DNA of 64,000 nucleotides from positions 310,001 through 374,000 of the forward strand of contig MU008182.1 of NCBI GenBank assembly GCA_010909165.1, given 5' to 3'. Position 1 is the stretch's first letter; each line of letters opens with the position of its first letter. Positions 35,680 to 48,453 of the stretch are shown here, one piece after another. The position numbers and the translations under genes were made by a program. Below the pieces are notes generated by a model. It searched no databases. It had not been told where the DNA came from and saw only the letters and a program-made list of their open reading frames with translations. This stretch comes from Anthoceros angustus. Its lineage: Eukaryota > Plantae > Anthocerotophyta.

Positions 35680-38609
35680 AATCACCCCCTTTCCTCGCCA
35701 TGCTGGGCAAGCGCCTATCACAAGGGCTCCCCTAGCTGCCCCTGTCCTTCCTTGCTGTACTTCCTCTTCCTCGGTAGCCTCCTCCCACTCGGACTCCTTG
35801 GAGTCCATGTCACTCTTAGCTTCTTCAAAGTCTAAGGATCCGGGTTGAATCGTCATAAGGGCCTCCCTGTCATCATCATGTGGCCCAAGCATCCTCCTCT
35901 TCACAATATTTTTAGCAATGAGCTTACACTCCAAACTACCACCATGCGCTTCATGAGCTTGGGTTTCCTTGGCCTTCAGAAACCCTTTACGGCATCCACA
36001 CCGGGCTTCTTTCGCAACCAACCTCATCCTTGCAGCTTGGCCCTTAGCAATCCCATAAGGAGAACAAACACCAAGATGCAAGAAAGAAAAAAGAAGATAA
36101 GAGGAGAAGAAGAAGACATGGGAGATTGCCCTTTGCCATGCTTTTAAGAACTCACTATCTACAACAAATAGAAAAGAAGAGATCATCATAGATTCTACAA
36201 TAGCTCAGCTAGAAGGCAAGAGGAATTCACCCAAGCACTAAGGAAACTAAGGACGCCCCCCACCCCCCCTCTAAGAAGAAATTCACTCTCAAAACCCAGC
36301 CAAGGCACACCAAGACCCGAGAAATTGGTAGCACAAGAAAAGAGAACACCAAGAGGAGATGGCGGCCTCACTCCTAAGATGGCACACACACAAGCAGAGG
36401 GCGCATACACAAGCTCTAGCTCACTCCCCCCTGTACTTTAAGACAACGCTCCAGTCTTCTCATGTGACAATTATAGCAACAGAGCTTGCCCAAATTGAAT
36501 CCTAAATTGCAGCCATGAAATTAAATGGTTATTGCAAGCATGCAGCCATATCCCATCCATTATTCCACACAGCCAGCCATAACTTCTAATTTCTATCGTA
36601 GCCATCAATGCCCACCATGAATCTAAGGCTTCTCCTCATCCATCTTGCACAAATTCAAGACCTTAGCTGGTTTGCACCAAGAAGGCTCTTAAGTCATTAA
36701 TCCTTCAGCTCCAGTGCAAGAAGAACATTCCCTGCATCTCCTTGGCCCTAGGCGCTCCCATAGAGACCATCTTGCCCAGCAAAACCCAAGGAAAAAGCTC
36801 AATCCTCAGCCTCCAAAACCCATGCGCCGGGCTGCGCCTACGACCCCCTACTAAGCACTCTCCCAATCAGCGCCTACGACCCTCTACTGAGCACTCTCCC
36901 AATGAACTCCCGTGTGTCTTCTGCAAATATGAGCTTATATTCCTCACACAAAAAGCACCCCATTTGAGCGCTGATCCGTCCTTAGAACGCTTAATTCTTG
37001 AGTTTTTACACTCCAATATCCAACACACCAAGTTCCCTTGTGCACATGCCTGCTAAATAAATTTTACTCATTCCCTATTGAACTCCTCACCAAGCTCCTT
37101 ACCAACATTTCTCCTTAGCGAACTCCTCCACCAACTCTCGTATTAGCCTACGTTGCTGCCCAACTCTTCTCGCGGCCACCACAACGGCATCCCTTCACAT
37201 CTACTTGCAGCCCTACTACAAATTCCGCCTTCATGATGCACACCCTGTTGCGATTCCTTCACCATGTTGCAGCCCACCTGCAATACTGCCTTCTTGTGGC
37301 TGTGTTACACCTCCATCTTGCAGCCCAGCTGCAAATTTAGCTTGCCATGAGCGCTCTACCACGACCTCTCCTAGTTTAGCACACGGTCCTATCATGCCAT
37401 CCTCACATCGTTACTCTACTGCAAGCACTTCCACATGCTTCGGCACCACCATGGCCTCCTCTTGCAAATGATTAGCATTCGGTGCACCATAACTTCAGCT
37501 TTCTTCCCTGTCTTCTTTATCCTTTGCCTTGTGGCCTTCATCCTCCTGCAACATGTGCTAGGCACTCTCCAATTCCCCTTCCTTCACCCCCAAACTACGG
37601 CGGGTCTCTCTTAAAACATCTTGGACACTCCCTCCTTGCTTGGCATGGCCCCTTGGTGTCCATACCATAGTAGGTATGGTACCTACCCTCATAGGTGCAG
37701 CACCTACCATGGTAGGTATCGTACCTACCATGGTAGGTTCCACCCTACCAACCACTTCTTTGCCCTCACATCTTATGTTCCTGGAGCCTCTCCTTGGGAC
37801 TCCCTTGAGCGTGTTGCCTCTTCTGTTTGGTGCAAGTTGACATAACATTCCTCAATCAACTCTAAATTCGAATAAGCCCAAATCTCTACCATACACCCAA
37901 TCTAGCTGAATATTCTCCTCCGCTGTCCAAGGCCTAAAATCTGCAAGGTCCTTTAAGGTAATTGCCCTGCAAAGCATGTGAATTGTGGCATATCTAGCTT
38001 CCATCCTTCAGGGTGTGGAGTTCCAACCTTAGGCTTCTGACCTTTGCCTGCCCTGCTCTCCTTTGTGGGTGGCTTGGTCTTACTGGCCGCCTCCTTTCCT
38101 TCACTTTGGAAGGCCTTTTCATGGCTTTCTTGTTGAGCTCTTGCACAAAGTTGAGAAAAAGGGTCACTTCTCCTGCAACTCTTACACTACTTGCCAGATT
38201 CCTACTACGGTAGTTGACCTTCCTCCCTTACGGTTTTCACACACAATCCACGGCCTTGACCTCGCCCTTGCTCACAATTCTCCTTGCTCCTTCAACCTTG
38301 CCTTCCTAAGCACCAACTCCACCTGCTGTATAATAACTAACCACCTAAATAACTACTAAGAAAACTACTTAGTGCCCTAGGTATAAAATAATGTTTAACT
38401 AAAGGTGCCCTAGTGAATAGTGCCATAAACCTACTATATTTTATCACTCCCACTCACTATGAATTGAGGGTGATTAAGTAGAGTGCTTTTCTGGCTTCAA
38501 AATGAGCCAAATAGGCATAAAATTGAAAACTAGTTTTAAGGTAAAACTAACTTGAAAGCATAAGGCAAATAAGGTAAATAATCTAAACCCCGAATTGGGG
38601 GTTTAGATC

Positions 38610-41600
38610 TGGGCCCACTGCTTGTCTATAAGGAATGTTCTTCATCTCCTCCTCCTTGTGATTGCTTGCAGGACATTGGTCTTTGCTAAGCCTTATATCT
38701 AAACAGAGAAACGTTGCAATTGGCCTGCAATCAGTCATTCCAAAACGATCCAAGAGTTCCTCAATGTACTTGAGTTGTCCAAGCTTGATTGTTCTCCTCA
38801 CCCTGTCTCTAACCACTTGAATGCCAAGGCAATAGTTGAGCTCCCCCAAGTCCTTCATTTCAAATTGTCTTGACAACATCTCCTTTACCTCATTGATGGC
38901 ATCTATAGATGCGCTCAACAAAATGAGGTCATCCACGTATATGGCTAGAATAATCATAGATTGGAGAACTTTGGATATGTAGATGCTCTCATCAGATGTG
39001 CATTGTTGAAATCCTTGCTCCTTTAAGAAGGCATTGATCTTCTCATACCAAGCTCTAGACCCTTGCTTCAATCCATAGAGAGCTTTCTTCAATTTGCACA
39101 CCAAACTCTCATTGCCTTTTTCGATATACCCTTCAGGTTGCTCCATATAAATGTCTTCCTCCAATCTCCATTGAGAAATGCAGTTTTACATCCATTTGAT
39201 GAATCTCCAAATCATCAATTGCTCCCACCAAGTAAAGTCCTTATTGACACAAATTTGGCCACTGGAGCAAAGGTCTCATTGTAATCGATGCCTTGTTCTT
39301 GGCTATATCCCTTCACCACCAATCTTGCCTTATATCTCTCAATCGACCATTAGAATCTCTCTTGATTCTAAACACCCATTTGCTCCCAATAGCATTCCTT
39401 CCTGCAGGCAAGGAGGTTAACACCCAAGTGTCATTCTTCTTCAACGACTTCATCTCATCATCCATAGCTTCTTTCCATTGCTTTGCATCCTTTCCTTGTA
39501 GTGCTTCAGCTATCGTTCTTGGTTCCCTCCCATATTCCATAGCAATGGATGCAAACTCTGGTCCTTCTCTCCAATCTCTTGGTGGACGACGCTCCCTTGT
39601 TGGATATCTCCTCGGAGGAAGAATTTCTTCTCTCAAGGGTTCTTCCTCATTGTTTCCCTCGCTAGGGATCATTTCATTCCCATCAATCGGAATGACGTCT
39701 TTTCCAATTGGTTCTTGAGGTATCACAACCTCATGAGCATCAACAATAGGAAATTTCTTGCTATCTATAGTCTCCGCCTCATCAAAACCACATCTCTACT
39801 TATGATGATGCGCCTAGATGCCTTATCATACAATCTATAGGCCTTTCTATCAATATCATAGCCCACAAAAATGCACTCCAATGCCTTCCCTTCGAGCTTG
39901 CTCCTGACTTCTTTGGGTTTATGTGCAAAGGCTCTACACCCAAACACATGCAAGTGAGCAATAGAAGGCTTCCTCCCTAACCAGCATTCCTCCGGTGTCA
40001 TATCCTCTAGTGATGCACTTGCACTTCTATTAGTTAGGTAGACAGCAGTTGCAATGGCTTCCCCCCAAAACTCATAGCCCAATTGTTGATGATGAAGCAT
40101 GCTCCTAGCACATTCTACCAAAGTTCTATTTTTCCTTTCCGCAACTCCATTTTGCTGAGGAGTGTAAGGGGCCGAAAATTGTTGCATGATTCCGTGCTCC
40201 TTGCAAAAGTTTCAAATCCTTGGACATATACTCACCTCCATTGTCACTCCTTAAAACTTTTATCTTTCTACCAATTTGATTCTCCACAAGTGCTTTATAC
40301 TCCTTGAACTTGGATAGGGCATCCTTGGATTTGAGGAAGTAAACCTTGGTATACCTTGACTTGTCATCTGTGAAAGTGAGGAAATACTTGGCCCCTCCTA
40401 GAGATGTGGTCTTCATGGGGCCACAGATGTCTGAGTGAATCAAATCTAGCACATGGTTAGCTCTACTTCCTCCCTTTGGAAATGGAAATCGATGTTGCTT
40501 TCCCATCATGCAACCTCTACAAATACCTATATCTTCCTCCTCTCCAAGCTCAAGTCTTCTTACCATCTTTTTCTTCTCCATGAGCTTGATGTTTTGAACT
40601 CCAAGATGTCCCAATCGATGGTGCCACAATAGTAGCTTGTTGTTGTGCTCTTGTACCACATTTGCCTCCATTCTTGAGCTTGGCACCACAAGTACTCCCA
40701 CTTAAACAATACATCTTTCCAACCTTCACTCCTTGTGCTCTCACTTCTTCTTTTGCATTCGTGAAGGTCACTCCAGCTTCCTCAAATCTCACTCTCAACC
40801 CTTGAGAGGTAGCCGCGCTAACGGAGAAGAGGTTTTTGCTCAGGCCTGGCACATAGAGGACCTTCTTTAACATCCCAATAGGCCCTTTAGGAGTGGTCAT
40901 GGTTAGAAATACAACTCCTTCTCCCTCACATTTTTGAGAATTATCACCCAAGTAAATGTTAGTTGCAGGAGTGGGTTTGAAAGAGTGAAACCATTCACGC
41001 CTATTGGTCATATGCTCAAGCTCCCACGATATACCACCTGTCAGCTTCATTTGAGTGGTGATGTGTACTCACAAAGGCCTCATCAAAGTCTTCAGCATTG
41101 CTTTGAGGTCTTGCTTTCTCGTCCCTTTGCTTCTTGAAACAGTTCCTAATGTGTCCAACCTTGCCACAGTAGTTGCAAGTTATGTTGGACCTTCTATATC
41201 CTCCTACAGATTGAGAAGGACCTTCCCTAGCTTGATGGAACTTGAGTGTTCTTCCTGAGGCTTTTTGGCCACAAAAGCTGATTCCTCAGATATCTTCCCC
41301 TTTTCTCTTCTTTTTGTCTCTTCATGTAAGAGTCTGCTCACAAGAATCTCAAAAGTCAAAGTCTCTATTCTTGACTCCAAAGCCACGATCAAGTTGTTGT
41401 ATGACTCTGGAAGACTTGCAAGAAGAGTCATCACCAAGTCATCATCTGACACAGGGGCTCCAACAGCTGCTAATTGTTGTGACAAACTCCTCACTTTGTC
41501 TACATGCTCAATGACACTGTCATTCTCACCCATTTGAAGAGTGAAGAACCTTCTCCTCAAAAACAAGCGGTTCACAAGGCTCTTGTTCTAATACACGGCC

Positions 41601-42171
41601 TCCAGCTTTTGCCAAGCTTCCCTTGCAGTCATACAAGAAGTCACATGCATTAGTTGTGCATCTTCCAAATTGAAGCAAATGGTTGCAAAAGCTTTGCCTG
41701 CATTCTCGTCCCACTTGGATTGTCGCTCCACTTCTATAGGGCGCTGCTCAGTTCCTGACACTATCCCCCTCAAGCCTTTCTCGGCCAACAGCATCTGCAT
41801 CTTGAACTTCCACAAGTTAAAGCCGTTACCACCAAATTTAGAAATGACTTGTAGTGTCACCATGCCTTGGGTGTGTGGGCCCATAACCTGTTGAGATTGG
41901 AAGCTAGCCATGCTTCAAGAGGGTCAGAAGTGTCAAGAAAGCAAGTGTTCAGAATTGCAAAAGTAAGACCACCTAAACGAGGCCTTAAAACACAAACGAA
42001 GAGCAACTTTGAGCAAAAAACACAAAGATAATAGTCAAAGAGCTGAACCTACTATAGCTAGCTGGTCTCACCCCTTTTTAAACCCTAAAAAGTGTCACTC
42101 ACGTTTCCTACTCAATATGGGGTATATGTTTATCATTTACCCACTTCTATACACTTATAGTAAGCTCCACA
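38610..42171 (-). mobile_element. Ty1/copia element D (5' LTR remnant, PBS, gag, protease, integrase, RT truncated at YRQAVG)
   Basis: gag KFGGNGFNLWKFKMQMLL. LWHHRLGHLG. IHSDICGP. RSDNGGEY. QNGVAERKNRTL. SKWVFRIK. YVDDLIL. LTR 41889-42171 ends CTCAACA. Confidence 0.95.
41876..41888 (-). promoter_or_regulatory. Primer-binding site of the half-tRNA-iMet type (GGTTATGGGCCCA)
   Basis: Directly abuts the LTR end ...CTCAACA. Lacks the TGG of CCA-end primers. Matches the Drosophila copia-type PBS sequence. Confidence 0.85.
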
Positions 42172-45100
42172 TCTAGTTTAGTAAGTTATGTGGTTAGTGG
42201 TAGTGAGGCTTAGTTTACAGCTTAAGAAAGGTAGTCTTCTTTAGGCTAATATTCAAGGAAATAAATAAGCCTCCCTAAATAAGGGATGAGTTGAGCTCTA
42301 GAGAGGATATCCTATCACTGGGGCCACACTCTTGTTGAGGATAGGACTTGGGAGCCTAGAGTGTGAGTGTGTCTAGAGGAGAGCTATGAGGAGGAGATTG
42401 AGGGAAGAGAGCTATGTACGAAGCTTAGGCAAGGGTAGGGAGCTCTCTCTGATCTCTCATGTATTCTTGTTGAATCTTGCTGCAGTAAAGAGCAGCAGTG
42501 GAGGTGTTGACTGCGAGTCATCCCGTGGAAGGATGGCAGGCTACTTGGAGGCCAAGTGCTGGTGTCTGGTGGTGTTGTTGCTTTTAAATGTGCACTTGTC
42601 CCACCTCGCAAGAAAAGGGGTGTTACCTGTGGTATCAGAGCTCAAGGTTGGAGCGTCTCTTAGCTAGGCCACTAGCTAAAGATGGCCGGTCCTGAAGAGC
42701 AAGGCAGACCGGAGAGGATAAGGTGGAAGAAAAGAAGGCTCATGTTGTCGAGACTGTAGTGAATGAGCTATGCATATGTGGAGCCACTAACTCTTAGAAC
42801 AGCGCAGGTGGAAACCTTCGAGCCGAAAACCGTCATCATGCCAGAGGAGGAGCTTAAAAATACCTTGAGGAGAATGGAAGCACTGGAGCAAGATGTCAAA
42901 GGAGAAAGGAAGCTTGAAGAAGAAGAGAAAGATGACGTGGATAAGCTCTACAGATTTTATCGTGGACTTAAGAGGTGGGATCTAGATAGAATGCAAATGG
43001 CAAAACCTCTAACTTTGCAAGAGTTTGTAATAGCTACAGATGCAATACCAGATACACATCGTGCCAAGGAAGCACCACTGTCTACTAGAGGAACCAGTAG
43101 GGGTTGAGGCCGTGGAAGCCAAAGGACAATAGGCCCTCAATTTGGTGTGTGCTTCAATTGTGGAGAGCCGGGACACTTTGCAAAGGATTGTCTGCATGCT
43201 GGGAATTCCCAATTGAATGTGGCAGCCTCCAATATACTGACTCCGAGGCTTAGGATTCAAGAGCTTTCCTGCATATCCCAAAGGATGCCAGTGGCCACAT
43301 GTTGCAAAGACAGCATGTGGTGAGTCATCTAGTATCAAGGATGACACTCCTTTACAGGAAGGTGGAGCCCCTATGTATATACGTGGAATGATGAATGGCT
43401 TAGAAGTAGAGATGTTGTTGAACTATGAGGTCACCCACAATTTCATAACTTTTGGTAAGGCAAAGGAGCTTAGGCTAGAATGGGCTAGTATTTCCGCGCC
43501 ATATGGAATTTAACAAGCTAAAGGAACTCTGCAATTCTTGGGTGAATTGCATGGAGTGCTGTTGCAAATAGAAGCGTGGGAAGGACGTGTGAGTTTCAAA
43601 GTTGTGGATATGGATGACCATGATATCGTCTTAGATCTAGAGTGGATGAAATCCAATGAAGTGCGTGTAGATGTGAAGTCACGCACCATTGAGATATTGA
43701 ATAATGGGAAGCAGAGGGTGATTTGGGCTCTTCTTAGTTAGGAGCTTGAGATGAGTTGAGAACAGTTAATTTCGAAAAGAGAGCTCAAGCATGACATAAG
43801 AAAGAAGAAGGAGCTTTATTTAGTTGTGTTCAAGCGATTAGAGGATGGACTTGAGGAAGAATCCCCATAGAAGAAAGACATCCCGAATAGAATACGAGCT
43901 GTCTTAGATGACTCTAAGGATTTAATGCCTCATGAACTACCGTGGCTAAGTGGTCCACCCTCCAGACATATCAGGCATGCATGCTTTGGCATATCAGTCT
44001 TTGGGACATGTAATTCAAATTCTGGTATGCCAGATGTGTGGATCAGACTGTGTAGAGAAATCTTCTTCTATCTGCAGCTTGCAATATTTGGGCAGGTAGT
44101 GTGTTGCGGTGCCCTTCCTACTATACCCATCTTGGCTAGTTGTAGCTCTCTATGACGCTGTGTTACCTTGTTGTTCCGTAGGTGTTTTTGTAGATTGGGT
44201 GTGGATGGTCAGTTTCACGTGGTCTCCAAAGGTTGTGTTTGGTGGTGATTTATAAAAGCTTGATCTTCTGGTCTGGCTTCCATAGAGAACTAGTGTCTTA
44301 AAGCTTCTTAAATTTGGAGAAGTTCATGTACGAAGTGCACGTTTGGGAGCAATTGGGGAAGGAGAGGGAAGCATAATCCAGCGAAATCCAATCTGGCGAA
44401 AGAGGGTAAATGTGTGGACTGGCTGCAATGTGAACACTAGCCGTGGTTGAATTCATAAACCGTTTTAAGTTGGGATGCTTGCAACTGGGGAAGGAGCACC
44501 GATCAGAGTCCAGCGACATCCAGAGAGCCGGCCTACACGCTTCGATGAAATGTGGAGGCTGACCCCAGGCGGTGTTGCGCAACGGTGTGCGGACCTTTCC
44601 TCGATTTCCCTGATTGTTACATATATAGCTAGTGTGCGATGCATCTAACGTAAATATATATGTCGGCCGACTCTGCGAGCGAGTGCGAAATGCCCGTTGA
44701 GCTACCCAAGACCTTTACCGTCTCGCAGAGTAGTAGATCTCAAGATTGAATTGAAGCTAGGGAGTATGCCTCCATCGAGACCACCATATAGGTTATCGCA
44801 GGATGAGCTACATGAACTCAAGTGACAACTATCCAACCTATTGGCAAAGGGATATATTAGAGTCTCTAAATTTTGGTGCGCCAGTATTGTTTACGCGCAA
44901 GAATGGAGCATTAAGGTTGTATCTGGATTACAGAGCTCTGAAAAAAATTATAGTTTCGAATACATATCCCTTGCCACTTAAGAATGCTACATCATAGATC
45001 TCGTGGGCAATTGTGTAGTAATCTATTATTGTTCTTTAGCCATAGTTTAGAGGAACATGCTGTTACTTGAAAGAAGTGTTACAAAAGCTAAGAGAGAATT

Positions 45101-46785
45101 CTTTGTTCTTGGCAATTGAGAAGTGTGACTTCGTCAAGAAAAAGATAGCTTTTCTAGATTTTTTTATCTCTACTAATGGAGTCCGAATGAAACACGATAA
45201 GGTTAAGGCCATTCAAGATTGGCAACCTCCTATGAACATTCATGAGGTGCGTTTATGGGTTTGGCCTCTGTATACAAGAGATATGTACATTTGTTTGCCA
45301 AGATAGCAGCCCCCATAACTGACCTCTTGAAAATGATGAAAGCTTGGAAATGGGATGATGAATGTCAAGCAACACTTGGATACTTGATGATGATGTTGAG
45401 TACTACTCAAGTATTAGGAATGTATGATCCCAAAAAGAATGTGGAAGTCTACAGCGATATTGCCTTCAAATGTGGAGGTGGAGTGTTGATGCAAGACAAT
45501 AAGCTGATAGCTTTTGAGTCTAGGAAACTGCATCCTTGTGAATTGAAGCATCCAACCTATGAAAAGAAGATGATTGTTGTCATTCATGGTCTGAATGTAT
45601 GGAGACACCATCTCTTGAGTAGATCTTTTGTGCTTTATATTAATAGTATCAGTACAATATCAGAGTTGAAGTTGAATGCAAGACAAGCTAGATAACAAAA
45701 ATTTCCTAGCTATGTACGATGTGATTCTTAAGAATAATCTAGGAAAAGAGAATAAGGTTGCATATGCACTGAGTTGTAAAGAGAGTCAGAAGGTAAAGGC
45801 ACTGTCAATGCTGATTGAACCTATAGACACTCACAACCAAATAAGGGAAGCTTATCTGCGGATCTAGATGTTTTGGACTGGATCAATGGAATAGAGCAAA
45901 AAAGGAGCAAATTCAAGCTGGGAGATAGTTTGTTGGTATACAAACAGAAGAGGATTGTGATCCCAAATTCTTCAGAGTTGAAGAGGAAATTGCTTGTTGA
46001 ACGTCATGATGTGCCAAGTGCAGGTCATCGTGGAATTGACCTCACTTATGAAAAGCTACGGAAGCTGTTTTACTGGCCGGGAATGTATAAGCATACAATG
46101 GACTATGTCAAGGCAAGTGCTGTTTATTAAACAATGTCCAGAAAGGACCCTGGATGATCGATCTATATATTATTTATCACAGAGGGCAGTGATTCTTTTT
46201 CCTAGAGGGGGAGAAAGTAAGGAGCCATGCAGCCCCAGGCTGGATCTAGTTCAGTAAGTTATGTGGTTAGTGGTAGTGAGGCATATCTTAGAGCTTAAGG
46301 AAGGTAGTCTGCTGTAGGCAGTTATTCAAGGAAATGAATAAGCCTCCCTATATAAGCGATGAAGCGAGCTCTAGATGGAACATCGTAGCACCTGGGCCAC
46401 ACTCTTGTTGAGGATAGAACTTGGGAGCCTAGAGAACTTAGAGCTATGTACCAGGCTAGGCAAAGGTGGGGAGCTCTCTCTTCTTATTGACTCTTGTTAT
46501 GTAGAAGCGGCGGAGAGGTCTTGGCTGAAACAAGATGGTAAAATAAGATAAAAGGTGAGAAGTTAAGTGAGATAAAAGCTAATTAGTAGCTACATTTGTT
46601 GCATGCAATCTCATATTAGAGAGAAATTGCCACAACTACTAATAAGAGCTCGAGAGAACTCTTTGTGATGAGTGGTGGCAAGAATCCCACAGGTTAATAG
46701 CTGCCTATTTGAGCGAAGGATGGTGGACTACTTGGACGCTTAGTGCTGGTGTTTGGTGTTGTTGTTGCTTCTAATTCGCCAAGTG
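42172..46785 (+). mobile_element. Ty3/gypsy element F (chromovirus-like), internally deleted
   Basis: 5' LTR remnant 42172-42627. PBS TGGTATCAGAGC 42630-42641. gag knuckle CFNCGEPGHFAKDC. Protease region about 43360-43740. RT/RNase H (IAFESRKL). Integrase zinc finger HDVPSAGHRG...FYWPGM. PPT 46204-46216, then a 3' LTR similar to the 5' LTR. Confidence 0.92.
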
Positions 46786-48262
46786 TGTCATCGTGGAATT
46801 GACCTCACTTATGAAAAGCTACTCGCATCGGGAATGTATAAGCATACAATGGACTATGTCAAGGCAAGTGCTGTTTATTAAACAATGTCCGTAAAGGACC
46901 CCGGATGATCGATCTATATATTATTTATCACAGAGGCGTGATTCTTTTTCCTAGAGGGGAGAAAGTAAGGAGCCATGCATGTGGATCTAGTTCAAGAAGT
47001 TATGTGGTTAGTGGTAGTGAGGCATATCTTAGAGCTTAAGGAAGGTAGTCTCAGAGGCGTTATTCAAGGAAATGAATAAGCCTCCCTATATAAGCGATGA
47101 AGCGAGCTCTAGATGGAACATCGTAGCACCTGGGCCACACTCTTGTTGAGGATAGAACTTGGGAGCCTAGAGAACTTAGAGCTATGTACCAGGCTAGGCA
47201 AAGGTGGGGAGCTCTCTCTTCTTATTGACTCTTGTTATGTAGAAGCAGCAGGAGAGGTGCTGACTGTGAAACAGTATTGGTAAAATAAGATAAAAAGGTG
47301 AGAAGTTAAGTGAGATAAAAGCTAATTAGTAGCTACATTTGTTGCATGCAATCTCATATTAGAGAGAAATTGCCACAACTACTAATAAGAGCTCGAGAGA
47401 ACTCTTTGTGATGAGTGGTGGCAAGAATCCCACAGGTTAATAGCTGCCTATTTGAGCGAAGGATGGTGGACTACTTGGACGCTTAGTGCTGGTGTTTGGT
47501 GTTGTTGTTGCTTCTAATTCGCCAAGTGTGTCATCGTGGAATTGACCTCACTTATGAAAAGCTACTCGCATCGGGAATGTATAAGCATACAATGGACTAT
47601 GTCAAGGCAAGTGCTGTTTATTAAACAATGTCCGTAAAGGACCCCGGATGATCGATCTATATATTATTTATCACAGAGGCGTGATTCTTTTTCCTAGAGG
47701 GGAGAAAGTAAGGAGCCATGCATGTGGATCTAGTTCAAGAAGTTATGTGGTTAGTGGTAGTGAGGCATATCTTAGAGCTTAAGGAAGGTAGTCTCAGAGG
47801 CGTTATTCAAGGAAATGAATAAGCCTCCCATATAAGCGGCGAAGCGAGCTCTAGATGGAACATCGTAGCACCCGGGCCACACTCTTGTTGAGGATAGAAC
47901 TTGGGAGCCTAGAGAACTTAGAGCTATGTACCGTGCTAGGCAAGGTGGGGAGCTCTCTTCTTATTGACTCTTGTTATGTAGAAGCGGAGAGGTCTGTGAA
48001 AACAAGATGGTAAAATAAGATAAAAAGGTGAGAAGTTAAGTGAGATAAAAGCTAATTAGTAGCTACATTTGTTGCATGCAATCTCATATTAGAGAGAAAT
48101 TGCCACAACTACTAATAAGAGCTCAGAGAGAACTCTTTGTGATGAGTGGTCGGCAAGAATCCCCTGGGTTAATAGCTGCCTATTTGAAGCGAAGGATGGT
48201 GGACTACTTGGACGCTTAGTGCTGGTGTTTGGTGTTGTTGTTGCTTCTAATTACGCCAAGTG
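46024..48262 (+). repeat. Three-copy tandem array (763/743/733 bp) of integrase fragment + PPT + 3' LTR of element F
   Basis: GTCATCGTGGAATTGACC at 46024, 46787 and 47530. Each unit ends at GCCAAGTG, an 8-mer also present just before 46024. Confidence 0.95.
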
Positions 48263-48278
48263 TATTCTATGAATAAAG

Positions 48279-48358
48279 AGAAAGTCTAGCTAGTGAGCTG
48301 GTCGTTGAGCCAGACTCAAGTGTCTGGCTCAACGACCAGCTCACCGGCTAGACTTTCT
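48279..48358. other. 80-nt hairpin: 37-bp stem (2 non-Watson-Crick positions), 6-nt loop
   Basis: Arm 48279-48315 AGAAAGTCTAGCTAGTGAGCTGGTCGTTGAGCCAGAC versus arm 48322-48358; loop TCAAGT. Confidence 0.9.
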
Positions 48359-48453
48359 ACAGCTCTCTCAATACAAGGCTTGCAGTGAACAATGAACTAA
48401 CTACCTATAAGGCTGTGCTCTGGCCCTTATATAAGCCTTGTATAAGGGCTAGA

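Larger units (their letters stand above)
33344..38326 (-). mobile_element. Element 3: LTR end (33344 to about 34570) plus accessory-ORF region
   Basis: The terminus TGTGGGAGG... and the following about 900 bp align with 61544-62500. Pyrimidine tracts (minus-strand PPTs) at 34571-34580 and 37108-37116. ORF 35419-36189 motif SLDFEEAKSDMDS is homologous to SDFDEAIGEMDS at about 63985. Confidence 0.7.
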
